From contig JBBRUX010000020.1 of the NCBI GenBank assembly GCA_038247415.1, positions 1-64,000 on the forward strand: a DNA stretch of 64,000 bases, given 5' to 3'. Position 1 is the first letter of the stretch. Every line of letters starts with the position of its first letter. Below are positions 47,650-58,047 of this stretch, piece after piece. Position numbers and translations under genes: made by a program. The notes beneath the pieces were generated by a model that was given only the letters and a program-made list of their open reading frames with translations, had not been told where the DNA came from and did not search any database. The stretch comes from Chitinivibrionales bacterium. GTDB lineage: Bacteria; Fibrobacterota; Chitinivibrionia; Chitinivibrionales; WJKA01.

Positions 47650-48759
47650 TTATTTGTAAGGAAACTCATCCCAGGCATTGTCAACAAAGGCTTTGAATTC
47701 TCTATCGAACCTGCTGCGCGGGAAGCGTTCTGCGTTGGCACGGATCTTGTGTGGGTCGAAGCTATCCTCGGTTGCTAAAAACCTGTTGACAGCATCTATA
47801 ATGCTCTGGGGATCTTGTCTTGGAAAGAATATTCCTGTCTCGCCCTCAACAACGGTTTCTAATACACCGCCGCGTCCGTAGGCAATAACGGGAATCCCGC
47901 TTGCTTGCGCTTCAACATTTACAATACCAAAATCTTCTTCTGCCGAAAAAACAAAGGCTCGTGCCTTGCGGAGGTATTCGTCGAGCTCGATTGCGGGCAG
48001 ATGACCAAGAAACGTAATGTTTTTGTGTGAAAGTTTTTCGAGTTCTTTGCGCTGGGGGCCATCGCCAACAATGAGGAGCGGAAGTCCAAGTGCGTTGAAT
48101 GCCGTGATGATGAGATCGATTCGCTTGTACTGGACAAGACGCGATATCGTGATAAAATAGGAGTCTCTGGTTGCACTCAGGGTAAATCGTTCCACATCAA
48201 CCGGGGGATAAATAACCGCAGCACTACGGTTGTAGCATTTTTTAATGCGATGGGCAATATAATGGGAGTTTGCTATAAATTTATTTACTCGGGTTGCAGA
48301 TATCGTATCCCAGAGACGCATATAATGAAAAAGCATCCGAACCATGAAGCTGCGCGCTCCGCCAGTCAGGTGTGCAGCTTCGAGGTAGGAGAATGTTAGA
48401 TCCCATATGTATCGCATGGGTGAGTGGCAGTAACAGATATGAAGTTGGTCGGAAGATGTAAGAACTCCCTTTGCAACTGCATACGAAGATGAAATAACGA
48501 GATTGTAATCGCGCATGTCGAATTGCTCAATTGCCATAGGATATAAGGGCAAAAAAGCGCGATGATGAGATTTTCCAAAAGGAATGCGCTGCAAAAGGGA
48601 TGTTTTTACCTTGCTGTTCTCCCAGGGCGTTCCTTCCATGTGCGCAGGGTCGTGGAAGAGGGTGTAGATATCCCCAGGATAGGCGGTATAAATAGATTTC
48701 AAGACGCTTTCGGCGCCAGCAAGGGTGACTAACCACTCGTGTATTATTGCGGTATTCAT
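47650..48759 (-). CDS. Glycosyltransferase family 4
   Basis: HEWL...GAE, CYCHSPMRY.WD, EDFGIV.VEAQASG.PVIA. Confidence 0.92.
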   Translation of the reverse strand: MNTAIIHEWLVTLAGAESVLKSIYTAYPGDIYTLFHDPAHMEGTPWENSKVKTSLLQRIPFGKSHHRAFLPLYPMAIEQFDMRDYNLVISSSYAVAKGVLTSSDQLHICYCHSPMRYIWDLTFSYLEAAHLTGGARSFMVRMLFHYMRLWDTISATRVNKFIANSHYIAHRIKKCYNRSAAVIYPPVDVERFTLSATRDSYFITISRLVQYKRIDLIITAFNALGLPLLIVGDGPQRKELEKLSHKNITFLGHLPAIELDEYLRKARAFVFSAEEDFGIVNVEAQASGIPVIAYGRGGVLETVVEGETGIFFPRQDPQSIIDAVNRFLATEDSFDPHKIRANAERFPRSRFDREFKAFVDNAWDEFPYK

Positions 48760-48828
48760 AGGACTTAAAGTATACTATATAACTTTAATTGTGAGCATAA
48801 AAACTTCTCTTAAGCGCAGGAGCGACCC

Positions 48829-49794
48829 ATGTTTCGTCCGGAAATCAAAGTAATCGACTGTACGGTTCGTGATGGTGGTTTAATGAACAATTCTCATTTT
48901 ACCCTTCCCGATGTTCGTGCTATTTACAAAGCAGTGTGTGAAGCAGGCGTAGATATTGTAGAACTTGGCTATAAAAACAGCAAAAAGCATTTCTCTCCCA
49001 GTGAATTTGGAGCATGGCGCTTTTGTGAAGAAGATATGCTTATTCAAGCCATAGAAGGTATCGATAATCATGGCACCAAGCTTGCTGTCATGATGGATTC
49101 TCACAAAGCATCGCCCGACGATATCCGGCCTAAGTCCGAAAGCGTGATAGACATGATCCGCGTGGCAACCTATGTCAAGGATATCGATAAAGCTATCACC
49201 ATGGCCAATGCAGCCAACGATCTTGGATACGATACAGCCATTAACATCATGGCAATTAGTCATACACTCGATAGGGAACTCGACGAAGCTCTCATGCAGA
49301 TCGAAGACGAAACACGCGTCCTTTCATGCTATATTGTTGATAGCTTTGGGGCACTCTATAGCGAAGATATAGATTATTATGTTGCAAAGTATCAAAAGTT
49401 TCTTAAGACCAAAGAAGTGGGCATTCATTGCCATAATCATCAGCAACTCGCATTTGCCAATACAATCGAGGCGATCATTAAGAATGCAAATTATCTGGAT
49501 GGTACTTTGTATGGTCTTGGCCGTGCTGCAGGAAACTGTCCGCTCGAACTCATGCTTTCTTTCCTTAAGAATCCGAAGTTTAATTTGAAACCGGTTCTTG
49601 AAGTTATTGGAAAAACGATTCTTCCGATGCGTGCCGATATGGAGTGGGGCTATACTATGCCCTACATGATTGCAGGTATTCTTAATGTTCATCCTTCCGA
49701 TGCCATGGATATTATGATGCTTCCTAAAGATGATCCGCGCAGAATGGATTTTGTCAAGTTTTATGAGGATCTTTCTCTTGAAGCACAGGGTTAA
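48829..49794 (+). CDS. DRE-TIM metallolyase (HMGL-like; 4-hydroxy-2-oxovalerate aldolase-like catalytic domain)
   Basis: DCTVRDGG, YIVDSFG, GIHCHN, GLGRAAGN. Confidence 0.85.
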   Translation: MFRPEIKVIDCTVRDGGLMNNSHFTLPDVRAIYKAVCEAGVDIVELGYKNSKKHFSPSEFGAWRFCEEDMLIQAIEGIDNHGTKLAVMMDSHKASPDDIRPKSESVIDMIRVATYVKDIDKAITMANAANDLGYDTAINIMAISHTLDRELDEALMQIEDETRVLSCYIVDSFGALYSEDIDYYVAKYQKFLKTKEVGIHCHNHQQLAFANTIEAIIKNANYLDGTLYGLGRAAGNCPLELMLSFLKNPKFNLKPVLEVIGKTILPMRADMEWGYTMPYMIAGILNVHPSDAMDIMMLPKDDPRRMDFVKFYEDLSLEAQG

Positions 49795-49811
49795 TTTCAG
49801 ATAGGAACTGC

Positions 49812-50861
49812 ATGTACGAGTGTCATGAGCTCTGTGGGGCTATTCATTTGCATACGTCGTATTCCGACGGTGGGGTGGATTTGCCCGAACTTGTTGCCGC
49901 CGCTCGTAGTGTTGGGCTTGACTATGTGATCATAACCGATCATATGACGCTTGTTGGCCGTGCCGAAGAGGGCTTTAGTGGCACCTGTGCGGTTATGGTT
50001 GGTTACGAACATAACGATATCCATAACCGTAACCATTATCTTGCGCTTGGCACAACGTGTGTAGCTTCATCATCCGCTTCTGTGCAAGAATATATCGATC
50101 AAATTCAGGCGGATCATGGTTTAGGATTTATCGCTCATCCGTGCGAGAAGCGCAATTATTTCGAAAAATTACCGCCGTATCCATGGACACAATGGGATGC
50201 AACGGGATTTACAGGAATAGAACTGTGGAATCAGACATCCGATTGGGTAGAGGGGCTTAAAAGCCTTCGCAGTTTTATCCGCATTCTCTTTCCGCGCCGG
50301 TTTATGGCTAATGTCAATGCAGAGCTCTTGGCGCGTTGGGATACACTCTCTAAAACGCGTTTTGTTACGGGGATTGGCGGTGTTGATGCTCATACTCGTA
50401 AAATTGGTTTTGGCCTCATATCTATAGCAATATTCCCCATCAAGGTAGAACTTAAGGGTATTCGAACTCATGTCTTTTTAGACAATGCATTGCCAGCCTC
50501 ATTTGCAGAGGCACAAACACTCATCTATAATGCTTTGCGCAACGGAAATTGCTGCATCAGTAATTATCGCAGAGGAAATGCACACGGAATGCGGATATGG
50601 GCAGAGGGTGCCGACGGGGTTTGCTGCGGCGTTGGCCAAGGCACTTCTGTGCCACAATTTCCGGTGGTGGTGCATGTTCGTCTGCCGGAAGCAGGAGAAA
50701 TCTATCTTGTTCGTAATGGTTCTCGCATTGCGTCGTGTACGGGAACCGTGGCGGCATTTGATATAGCAACCGGAGGCCTTTACCGTATCGAAGTATACAA
50801 AGGAAAATATGCATGGATTTATTCCAATCATATTCCTCTGGGCAGCTATCCTTTCGTTTAA
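49812..50861 (+). CDS. PHP-domain metallohydrolase
   Basis: HLHTSYSDG, ITDH, IAHP, GIELWN, GGVDAH. Confidence 0.85.
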   Translation: MYECHELCGAIHLHTSYSDGGVDLPELVAAARSVGLDYVIITDHMTLVGRAEEGFSGTCAVMVGYEHNDIHNRNHYLALGTTCVASSSASVQEYIDQIQADHGLGFIAHPCEKRNYFEKLPPYPWTQWDATGFTGIELWNQTSDWVEGLKSLRSFIRILFPRRFMANVNAELLARWDTLSKTRFVTGIGGVDAHTRKIGFGLISIAIFPIKVELKGIRTHVFLDNALPASFAEAQTLIYNALRNGNCCISNYRRGNAHGMRIWAEGADGVCCGVGQGTSVPQFPVVVHVRLPEAGEIYLVRNGSRIASCTGTVAAFDIATGGLYRIEVYKGKYAWIYSNHIPLGSYPFV

Positions 50862-50875
50862 CTCTGGGAGCAGTA

Positions 50876-51865
50876 GTGAAAAGCCTTTTAAAAAAAGCGC
50901 TTGATCTTTTCTTTTTGTGTCGACCAATTCTTTTGGTACCAGCATGGGGTTTTGCGGTTTTGGGATGGTACCGTGCGCAAACACAGGTTAATCACCATGC
51001 TGTCCAAAACTTGTGGAAGGTGTCCTCGTGGGGGGCCTTTATATGGATACTTGTTTTTTCAGCGGCGGTTGCTGCGGTGTATGTTATCAATCAAATTGCC
51101 GATCGTGAGGTAGATGCAAAAAATGATGGTTTTCCGCTTTTGGTTAAAGCGGGACTTTCAAATAAAGCAGCTTGGGTAACAACTGTACTTCTGTCGGTTG
51201 TGGGAATAGTGCTGTCCTTGTGTACCGGGCGTATACTCTTGGCACTTCTTGGTGTTGCCACGCTTATTGTTGGATATGTCTATAGTTGTAAACCATTTTC
51301 TTTTTCTGGCCGGCCAATTCTAGATTTTGTGTCGAATGCGCTGGGGTATGGTATTATTGCTTTTGGCGCAGGGTATAGTTGCGTTACTGGGGCCCAAGGG
51401 ATGTTTACTACTACGTTTATTGTCGACGCAGCACCGTATTTTTTTCTTATGTGCGCGGGTTCTATAAGCTCAACCCTTCCCGATATCCCTGGAGATAAGA
51501 TCGGTGGTAAAATCACAACGGCGGTTGCGCTGGGTCCATTGGTTTCTCATTGTTTGGCAATGGCATTTCTTGCATGCGCTGGAATAATAGGGTATATGGG
51601 GCATGATTGGATTGCCCTGTTGGGTGTTATTATTTCGGCCCCACTTTATTTCATGTATCTTATTAACCCTAGTCGCATCTGGATGGAAGCAACCTATAAA
51701 GCAGGCGGTGGTTCATTAATGATCCTTGCGTCACTTTTAATGCCACTCACTATTCTTGCAAGCCTTGCAATACTTTTAGCCACATGGCTTTACTTTAGAA
51801 TAAGGCATGGTGTTTCTTATCCATCGCTTGTTCCTATGCCTGTAAAATCGAATGGACCACAATGA
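50876..51865 (+). CDS. UbiA-superfamily membrane prenyltransferase
   Basis: NQIADREVD, YS..PF, PDIPGD...K.T, multiple TMs; GTG start after GGGAG. Confidence 0.85.
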   Translation: MKSLLKKALDLFFLCRPILLVPAWGFAVLGWYRAQTQVNHHAVQNLWKVSSWGAFIWILVFSAAVAAVYVINQIADREVDAKNDGFPLLVKAGLSNKAAWVTTVLLSVVGIVLSLCTGRILLALLGVATLIVGYVYSCKPFSFSGRPILDFVSNALGYGIIAFGAGYSCVTGAQGMFTTTFIVDAAPYFFLMCAGSISSTLPDIPGDKIGGKITTAVALGPLVSHCLAMAFLACAGIIGYMGHDWIALLGVIISAPLYFMYLINPSRIWMEATYKAGGGSLMILASLLMPLTILASLAILLATWLYFRIRHGVSYPSLVPMPVKSNGPQ

Positions 51866-52851
51866 TACGTTTTTTATCTATAATTCTTATTGCTTTCGCT
51901 TCCCTGCACGCTCTGAGTATAGACCCTCTTGTTAAAGAATCAGTAAATACAAGTATGGAACAGTTTGTTGCAGGAAATTTTGATCTCGGATTTAAGCAAC
52001 TCGATTCGCTCGAAATCAGATTTCCTAAAGATCCGCTTCCGGCAATGGTTCGGGTGTGGGGAATAGGATTGCGCGATATGGATTACGATCGCCCCACCGA
52101 CTCGGCGACTTTTTTGCCCGCATTTAGAAATGCCGTTGCTCGTATTGACATTAAAGAAAAAACTGATGGACAAACATCGTATGTGTTGACTATGAGAGGT
52201 TTTTGCCAGGCAACCTATGCTTCGTGGTGCATGCGGATGAAAAAATACTCCGATGGTATTGGGGCAGGGTTTAATGCCTTGGATCGCCTCAAGGAGGCTA
52301 AAAAGAAAGATTCGACCAATATCGATGTTAATTTCTTCTTAGGGCTTTACGATTGCGCCAAGAATGAAATGTCGCGTCGGCTTTCGTTTGTTACCTTCTG
52401 GTATCCTTCGGCAACAGGTCGTGGCATTGCAATGCTTTTTGAATGTGCGAATGGAGCACAATTTGCTTCACTGGGGGCGCTCATGGTTCTGCCTGATGTT
52501 TTGTCTAATGCTGGGCGCTATGCCGAAACTGATTCGGTGCTTGGGGTTGTTTCCCATCGATTTCCGCAAAGCCGTTTTGTGTATTGGTCTAAAATCAAGA
52601 CGTTTACACTTCGTAAAGATTATCCTCAAGCAATAGCTGCAGCGCATGCCCTGTCTGTGTTGTATGCGCCACTAGCAGATGCGCGTAGAAGCCATGCTGC
52701 TGTTCTTTTAGAACTTGTTCGTCTTAATGCTCTTGCATCAAATCAGCCTATGGCTAAAGCTATTTCAACAAAAATGATAGCATTGTATGGACACGAACAA
52801 GATAGCTATTTTAAAGAGATGTGCGCAACGGCGACTAAATTGGCGAAATGA
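51862..52851 (+). CDS. Secreted helical-repeat (TPR-like) protein
   Basis: Signal peptide, helical pattern (D.NFFLGLY); ATGA overlap with the UbiA gene. Confidence 0.6.
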   Translation: MIRFLSIILIAFASLHALSIDPLVKESVNTSMEQFVAGNFDLGFKQLDSLEIRFPKDPLPAMVRVWGIGLRDMDYDRPTDSATFLPAFRNAVARIDIKEKTDGQTSYVLTMRGFCQATYASWCMRMKKYSDGIGAGFNALDRLKEAKKKDSTNIDVNFFLGLYDCAKNEMSRRLSFVTFWYPSATGRGIAMLFECANGAQFASLGALMVLPDVLSNAGRYAETDSVLGVVSHRFPQSRFVYWSKIKTFTLRKDYPQAIAAAHALSVLYAPLADARRSHAAVLLELVRLNALASNQPMAKAISTKMIALYGHEQDSYFKEMCATATKLAK

Positions 52852-52857
52852 GTTTAC

Positions 52858-53046
52858 ATGACAAAATCTTTGCATATCCATAAAACCCGTTGCGATGAAT
52901 GCGGAACCTGTTTGGCTGTCTGTCCACACCGGGCGCTTGTTCTCACAAAAAGCATTGTGGTAGATGATTCCCGCTGCGTTCGATGCGCAACTTGCATTAA
53001 AGTTTGTCCTGTTGGGGCGCTTTCGCTTGAGGATGCAAAATCATGA
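52858..53046 (+). CDS. 2[4Fe-4S] ferredoxin
   Basis: CDECGTCLAVCP and CVRCATCIKVCP. Confidence 0.9.
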   Translation: MTKSLHIHKTRCDECGTCLAVCPHRALVLTKSIVVDDSRCVRCATCIKVCPVGALSLEDAKS

Positions 53047-54212
53047 CATCATCAACTGATTGTTTTGATATTATTGTCGTTGGAGCCGGACCTGCCGGGG
53101 CAATGGCTGCGCATACTGCTGCTGGGTATGGCAGACGAGTGTGCATTATCGATCGGCATTCGGAGGTTGGAACGCCTGTTCGTTGCGGGGAGGGAATTGG
53201 TTTTAAAGGATTTTCTCGTTCGTTAACCCTACGCCCCGAATGGATCCTGAGTTCTTTTAGTCAAGTTACCATGCATTCGCCCTCTAAAAAACGGGTGGCC
53301 CTAAAAGATATCGATGCGAGCTATATCATCGATCGCTCTCGCATGGAACCCGATCTCGTGGAAGATGCGCAAAAGCTTGGGGCTACGGTTATTAAAAGTA
53401 CCACCATTATAGCGGTCTCTCGTACAGACACGGGAATGTATGAATGTGTTTCCGATACACAGAAAACTTTTTCTGCGCCCTGTCTTATAATTGCCGATGG
53501 AATAGAGTCTCGCCTGGCTTCCTTTTTAGGATGGAATACCACGCTCGCGCCAACCGATCTTGAGACATGCGCCATTGCTCGTGTTAGTGCTCCTTCTATC
53601 GACAATGGTCATGCGCACCTCTATTTTGGTTCTACCCTTGCTCCTGGTGGCTACGTCTGGATATTTCCCCGCAAAGCCGGTGAAGCCAATGTTGGGCTTG
53701 GTGTACTAGGCTCCCGAAGTTCAGCGGGAAAACCCATGAAACTTTTGCGGTCGTTTATACAAGAGTATATTCCCGATGCCATAATAACTAACGAGCATTG
53801 CGGGAGTGTTCCGGTTGGACCGTATGTAAAGAATCTTGTTCGTGGCGGGGCGCTTTTGGTTGGAGATGCTGCCCGGCAAGTCGATTGCCTTCACGGTGGC
53901 GGTATAGCATACTCATTGTATGCAGGAAAATTGGCTGGTCGTGTAGCAAGCAATGCCTTTGTACAGGGAAATTTTCTTACTGCAAAACTCAAATCGTATA
54001 CCCGTGAGTGGGCAAGCGATTTAGGCAAACAGCAATTGCGGACGTACGCACTTAAAAAGGTGCTTGTTGATTTTTCGGATAAGCAACTCGATGGTATTGC
54101 AACGGTATTGTCGCGCCAGAATCCAAGTGCGCTCAATTATATGAAAGTTCATATGCAAGCGTTTGTAAAACACCCTATCCTGCTTATCAAAGCATTTCTT
54201 CTTTCGCGGTAA
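53043..54212 (+). CDS. Geranylgeranyl reductase-family flavoprotein (DGGGPL reductase-like)
   Basis: GAGPAG, PVRCGEG, IADG.ES, PGGYVWIFP, VGDAA.QV....GGGI; ATGA overlap with ferredoxin. Confidence 0.88.
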   Translation: MTSSTDCFDIIVVGAGPAGAMAAHTAAGYGRRVCIIDRHSEVGTPVRCGEGIGFKGFSRSLTLRPEWILSSFSQVTMHSPSKKRVALKDIDASYIIDRSRMEPDLVEDAQKLGATVIKSTTIIAVSRTDTGMYECVSDTQKTFSAPCLIIADGIESRLASFLGWNTTLAPTDLETCAIARVSAPSIDNGHAHLYFGSTLAPGGYVWIFPRKAGEANVGLGVLGSRSSAGKPMKLLRSFIQEYIPDAIITNEHCGSVPVGPYVKNLVRGGALLVGDAARQVDCLHGGGIAYSLYAGKLAGRVASNAFVQGNFLTAKLKSYTREWASDLGKQQLRTYALKKVLVDFSDKQLDGIATVLSRQNPSALNYMKVHMQAFVKHPILLIKAFLLSR

Positions 54213-54219
54213 TACGAAT

Positions 54220-55068
54220 ATGTCGCTTGTAACAAAAATTTCTGAGGTCGGATCACTCCCAACATTGCCAACGGTTGTTGCAGATGTTGAACGGGTTGCA
54301 ACTTCAATGGTGGGCAATGCACAGGCTCTAGCAGATGTAATTAGTCAAGATCCACCTTTGGCTGCCAAACTTCTTAAAATGGCGAATTCTGCTTTTTATA
54401 CAAGCACTGGTGCGCGCATATCGTCTATTCCTCTGGCGGTTGCCCGAATCGGTGTAAACGAAATTCGCCATTTGTCTATTACTATGGGAGTGCTTAAAGC
54501 TTTTGAAGGGCCTAAGGTACTGCTTAATTACCCTGCATTTTGGCATCACAGTTTACTGGTTGCATGTCTTACACAACAGATTGCGATTAGAACTTCAGAA
54601 GTTTATGATGATGCCAAGTTGCACCATTATTTTATGGCGGGCCTCTTGCATGATGTGGGGATTTTGCTCTACGACCAAAAATTCCCCCAAGAATTTGCGC
54701 TTGTGGTAGCGGGTGCCCGCGAGAGTGCAGAGACCTTTTTGCAGGCAGAAGCCCGCTTGGCTCCTAAAGAAACCCACGCATTGATGGGCGGACTCTTATT
54801 AGAATTTTGGAAAATGGATTCTAGCGTCATTGCATCCATACGCCATCATCACGAGCCAACTCGTGCGCAGCAAAACTTCGAACATATTACACATTCGCTT
54901 GCATGCGCCGAAGCACTGTGTGCGCAGAACGATAAAAAAACATTCGAAGGAATTTCTCCCTTTGTATTTGAATCCTCATGTGAAAAGATTGGGCTTACTG
55001 CTATTGCTGCTCAGTCTGTGTGGGCACGGGCGAATCAGGATGTGCTGAAGTTTACCGACGTCGTATAA
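54220..55068 (+). CDS. HDOD-domain protein
   Basis: LPTLP, DPPLAAKLLKMANSAFY, FWHHS, AGLLHDVG, HHH. Confidence 0.9.
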   Translation: MSLVTKISEVGSLPTLPTVVADVERVATSMVGNAQALADVISQDPPLAAKLLKMANSAFYTSTGARISSIPLAVARIGVNEIRHLSITMGVLKAFEGPKVLLNYPAFWHHSLLVACLTQQIAIRTSEVYDDAKLHHYFMAGLLHDVGILLYDQKFPQEFALVVAGARESAETFLQAEARLAPKETHALMGGLLLEFWKMDSSVIASIRHHHEPTRAQQNFEHITHSLACAEALCAQNDKKTFEGISPFVFESSCEKIGLTAIAAQSVWARANQDVLKFTDVV

Positions 55069-55125
55069 ACAGCGATTGCTCCATAAGCGTGCAATTGCAC
55101 GCTTATGGAGCCTTTACAGGCAGTT

Positions 55126-57879
55126 TTAGCCTGCCTTACGTTGTGCCGTATCACCGTTTGTCTTCAGAGCGTTTATCTGCTGCAATATATCGGCACATCG
55201 CCGATCTCCCGGATGCATAATCTGAAAGTTTTGAATTGCCGCTGCGGCATTGTCAAACTTTCCTTGCATTGTGTAAAGCATGGCCAGCGTTCGTACAACT
55301 TCCCAAGAATCGGGCGCATGCAGAACAATGCGTTCGTAAATTGCCGTTGCTTCGGGGACTTTATGCTCTTGTTCGTAAACTTGTCCCATCATGTGCAGGA
55401 AGGTAGTGTTATTGGAATCCGAGGCGAGCGCGGCGCGGGCATTAATTTCTGCTTCGGCAAAGTTACCGAGTTCCATGAGCAATTGATGTTTAGCAGCCGA
55501 TGGGCGCCAGTCGAGCGGGTTGACCTTAGCTGCCTTGGAAAGAAATCCAAGCGCACGCCCAAGGGCCACATCGTACTCTTTGTGCTTAAGCGTGAGGGCT
55601 TGGGCGTTATCGGCAGCAGGTACGCCGGCTTGTGGTAGTTTACGGAGCGAATCGATTGAAGCTTTGATCAGGGAGAGTGTTGGCCGATACGAGAGCGCTG
55701 TTTCCATAAAGAGTGCTGAATAATTGGATAAGAGACCTCGGGCTGCCTCTCCTTTGTCTAATCCCGGACCCTCAAAGTTGCGAAATCGGTACACCGAATC
55801 GATAAGATATGCCGTTCGTTTTTCATCGATACGCTTATCGCTTGGCACGGGGGTTTTGGTTAGACGATAGACGAGACCTTCCATGCTCATGTAGGGTCCA
55901 AGTCCCATGAAGTTATCCTCGGAAACGGTCATTGCAAAATAGACAGGTTTACGCCATGCGTTTGCATCAACAATATTGAGCACCATCATATCTTGTACTC
56001 GTAGTGCATTTGCTTGAGAACGAATGGGCAATGCTACAGCAAGACCGGCGTTAGGAAGAGTGTAGGAAACTGGCGTAGTAAACGGATTAAGCGACGGACG
56101 GAGCGCGTCGATCTGGGTTTCTGTGTAGGAGATGGGAACTGTTGGTTCGATAGCCTTAAGGTGTTTGATATGCCAATCGGTATTAAGTAGGCTCAGATTA
56201 ACAACACGAACATCTTTGCGAATGCCAAATGCCTCTTGCAAGGCCCATAGCGGATAGGTGTCATTGTCGCCGTTTGTAAAAAGTAGGGCGTTCTTATCGC
56301 ACGACATGAGTAAATTATAGGCATAGTCGTGCGGCAATAAATTACGGTGGCGATCCCGGGTTTGGTAATTTTGGGTGAGTGGCAATGCAGGTGACGCCGC
56401 AAAGAGGATTAAAAGCGCAGGCGCTAATCGGCTTTTTAGAAATGTATTCTTGCTAGTAAAGAGCGCGCCAAGAATACAGGCGCATCCTACGCCAACCCAT
56501 AGTCCAAAAAACATGAACCCTGCGTTCCAGAAATAATCCCGAACGCGTACTTCTCGGTATACTACGGGCATGGGACCTGGTTTGCCTGCATTGACCCATG
56601 ATAAATAATCGCCTTTTTCGGGGCGGGTTCCATCGGCAAAATTCATGTACCAGGTAAGCACTAAGGTTGAAATAATAACACAACCAATCAGCAGCACCGC
56701 AATCGATTTATTTCGACGCCAGACATACCAGAAACCAAAGAGCATAATAAACGTTGGAATAAGGTATATCAGAAGCTTGCCGGTGCCGACAAGGGCTCCT
56801 TCATCAAAAAAATTCTTTTCGGTATCATGGTCGCTAAAATGAAAAAATTGAGTGATATGAAAACCACCGTATCCCATGTGTCCTTCGATACCAAATTGGG
56901 TGGCGCGGGATGCGCGAGGCCAGAACGATCGAGATACCATGCTCTCGCTACCATATTGCTTGCGATCAAGCGATTCAGTAAACGCTTTCCAGGTAACAGG
57001 ATGATTCATATCGATTGCCGGATTTGTTGCAGAACGGATAGGCATATACAAATGGGAAGAAAATCCTAAAAAAGCTACCAATGCAAATAAAAAGCAGAAG
57101 CTCCACGATTTCTTGTTCTTTGCGTCTACGAGAGAAATAATCCCTGCAATAGCTGCAGTTATTGGGCAGGCTAGTATAAACCACGAGAGGTTATACATAA
57201 CAGCAGAGAGCGCCAGTCCACACACCCAAAGGCGCCAGTCGTAACGTTTTGTAGCATCGCAGAGCAATACAAATAGGAAAATAACCGGCAGCGTGATCAT
57301 CGAAATCATATGGATGCTGGCTCCGGCAAAACCGATATACGCAGTAAGCAAAAGGAGTCGATCACGAAGCGGGTCTTTAGATTGAGCCCACTTGATAACA
57401 AGCCACACCGATAATGCGACGGGGATAAGGCTAAAGTTGCACTGTTCCGATCCTTCTACCGAGCAAAACCAGTTCGTTGTTCCAAAGGCGCAATAGAATC
57501 CAGCAACGAGTCCACCAATATAGGTCGAAAACCGTTGCCATTTTTGGGTGAGTTCTCCCCCAAAGCACGCAATGATAACACGAACAGCAATAAGATAGGT
57601 AAGCATTGCAACAACGGCTCCGCCGGTTGCAGCAATACAGTTAACGCGAAAACCAGGGTCGGGAATAAAACCAAGCATCATGAGAACAACTCGGCCAATC
57701 ATTGCTAAAAGCGGTGTACCAGGAGGATGGGGAATCCCAAGCGATGCCCAGGTTGCAAGATATTCACCACAGTCCCATAAAGCAATCGACGGCCCCATGG
57801 TCGCAAAGAAAACACCCAACGATCCAAAAAGCACAAAGAGTGCAAAAATTCGATTAACAAACGAATGGCTACTTTTCAT
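55126..57879 (-). CDS. DUF2723 (TMEM260-like GT-C) membrane protein with C-terminal TPR
   Basis: WDCGEY, GIPHPPG.P, R.RDYF, FTNGDNDTYPLW..QE..GIR.DV.VVNLSLL.T.W; start at MKSSH. Confidence 0.88.
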   Translation of the reverse strand: MKSSHSFVNRIFALFVLFGSLGVFFATMGPSIALWDCGEYLATWASLGIPHPPGTPLLAMIGRVVLMMLGFIPDPGFRVNCIAATGGAVVAMLTYLIAVRVIIACFGGELTQKWQRFSTYIGGLVAGFYCAFGTTNWFCSVEGSEQCNFSLIPVALSVWLVIKWAQSKDPLRDRLLLLTAYIGFAGASIHMISMITLPVIFLFVLLCDATKRYDWRLWVCGLALSAVMYNLSWFILACPITAAIAGIISLVDAKNKKSWSFCFLFALVAFLGFSSHLYMPIRSATNPAIDMNHPVTWKAFTESLDRKQYGSESMVSRSFWPRASRATQFGIEGHMGYGGFHITQFFHFSDHDTEKNFFDEGALVGTGKLLIYLIPTFIMLFGFWYVWRRNKSIAVLLIGCVIISTLVLTWYMNFADGTRPEKGDYLSWVNAGKPGPMPVVYREVRVRDYFWNAGFMFFGLWVGVGCACILGALFTSKNTFLKSRLAPALLILFAASPALPLTQNYQTRDRHRNLLPHDYAYNLLMSCDKNALLFTNGDNDTYPLWALQEAFGIRKDVRVVNLSLLNTDWHIKHLKAIEPTVPISYTETQIDALRPSLNPFTTPVSYTLPNAGLAVALPIRSQANALRVQDMMVLNIVDANAWRKPVYFAMTVSEDNFMGLGPYMSMEGLVYRLTKTPVPSDKRIDEKRTAYLIDSVYRFRNFEGPGLDKGEAARGLLSNYSALFMETALSYRPTLSLIKASIDSLRKLPQAGVPAADNAQALTLKHKEYDVALGRALGFLSKAAKVNPLDWRPSAAKHQLLMELGNFAEAEINARAALASDSNNTTFLHMMGQVYEQEHKVPEATAIYERIVLHAPDSWEVVRTLAMLYTMQGKFDNAAAAIQNFQIMHPGDRRCADILQQINALKTNGDTAQRKAG

Positions 57880-57893
57880 GAACAAGACTCCTT
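57877..57893 (-). repeat. 17-bp inverted repeat, left copy (AAGGAGTCTTGTTCATG)
   Basis: Exact reverse complement of 59161-59177. Confidence 0.85.
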
Positions 57894-58047
57894 TGTGCGT
57901 ATATCAAAACGGAATAAAGTAATCGGGTGTAGACGTACCAACACATAAAATAAAACCTAACACATCTAGGGGTGCTCGGGAGAGAGCATGTTTTTGCAGA
58001 TAATATACGTTTTTGCACAGGGTTAAAACAGCTCTTGAGAATTTGAA

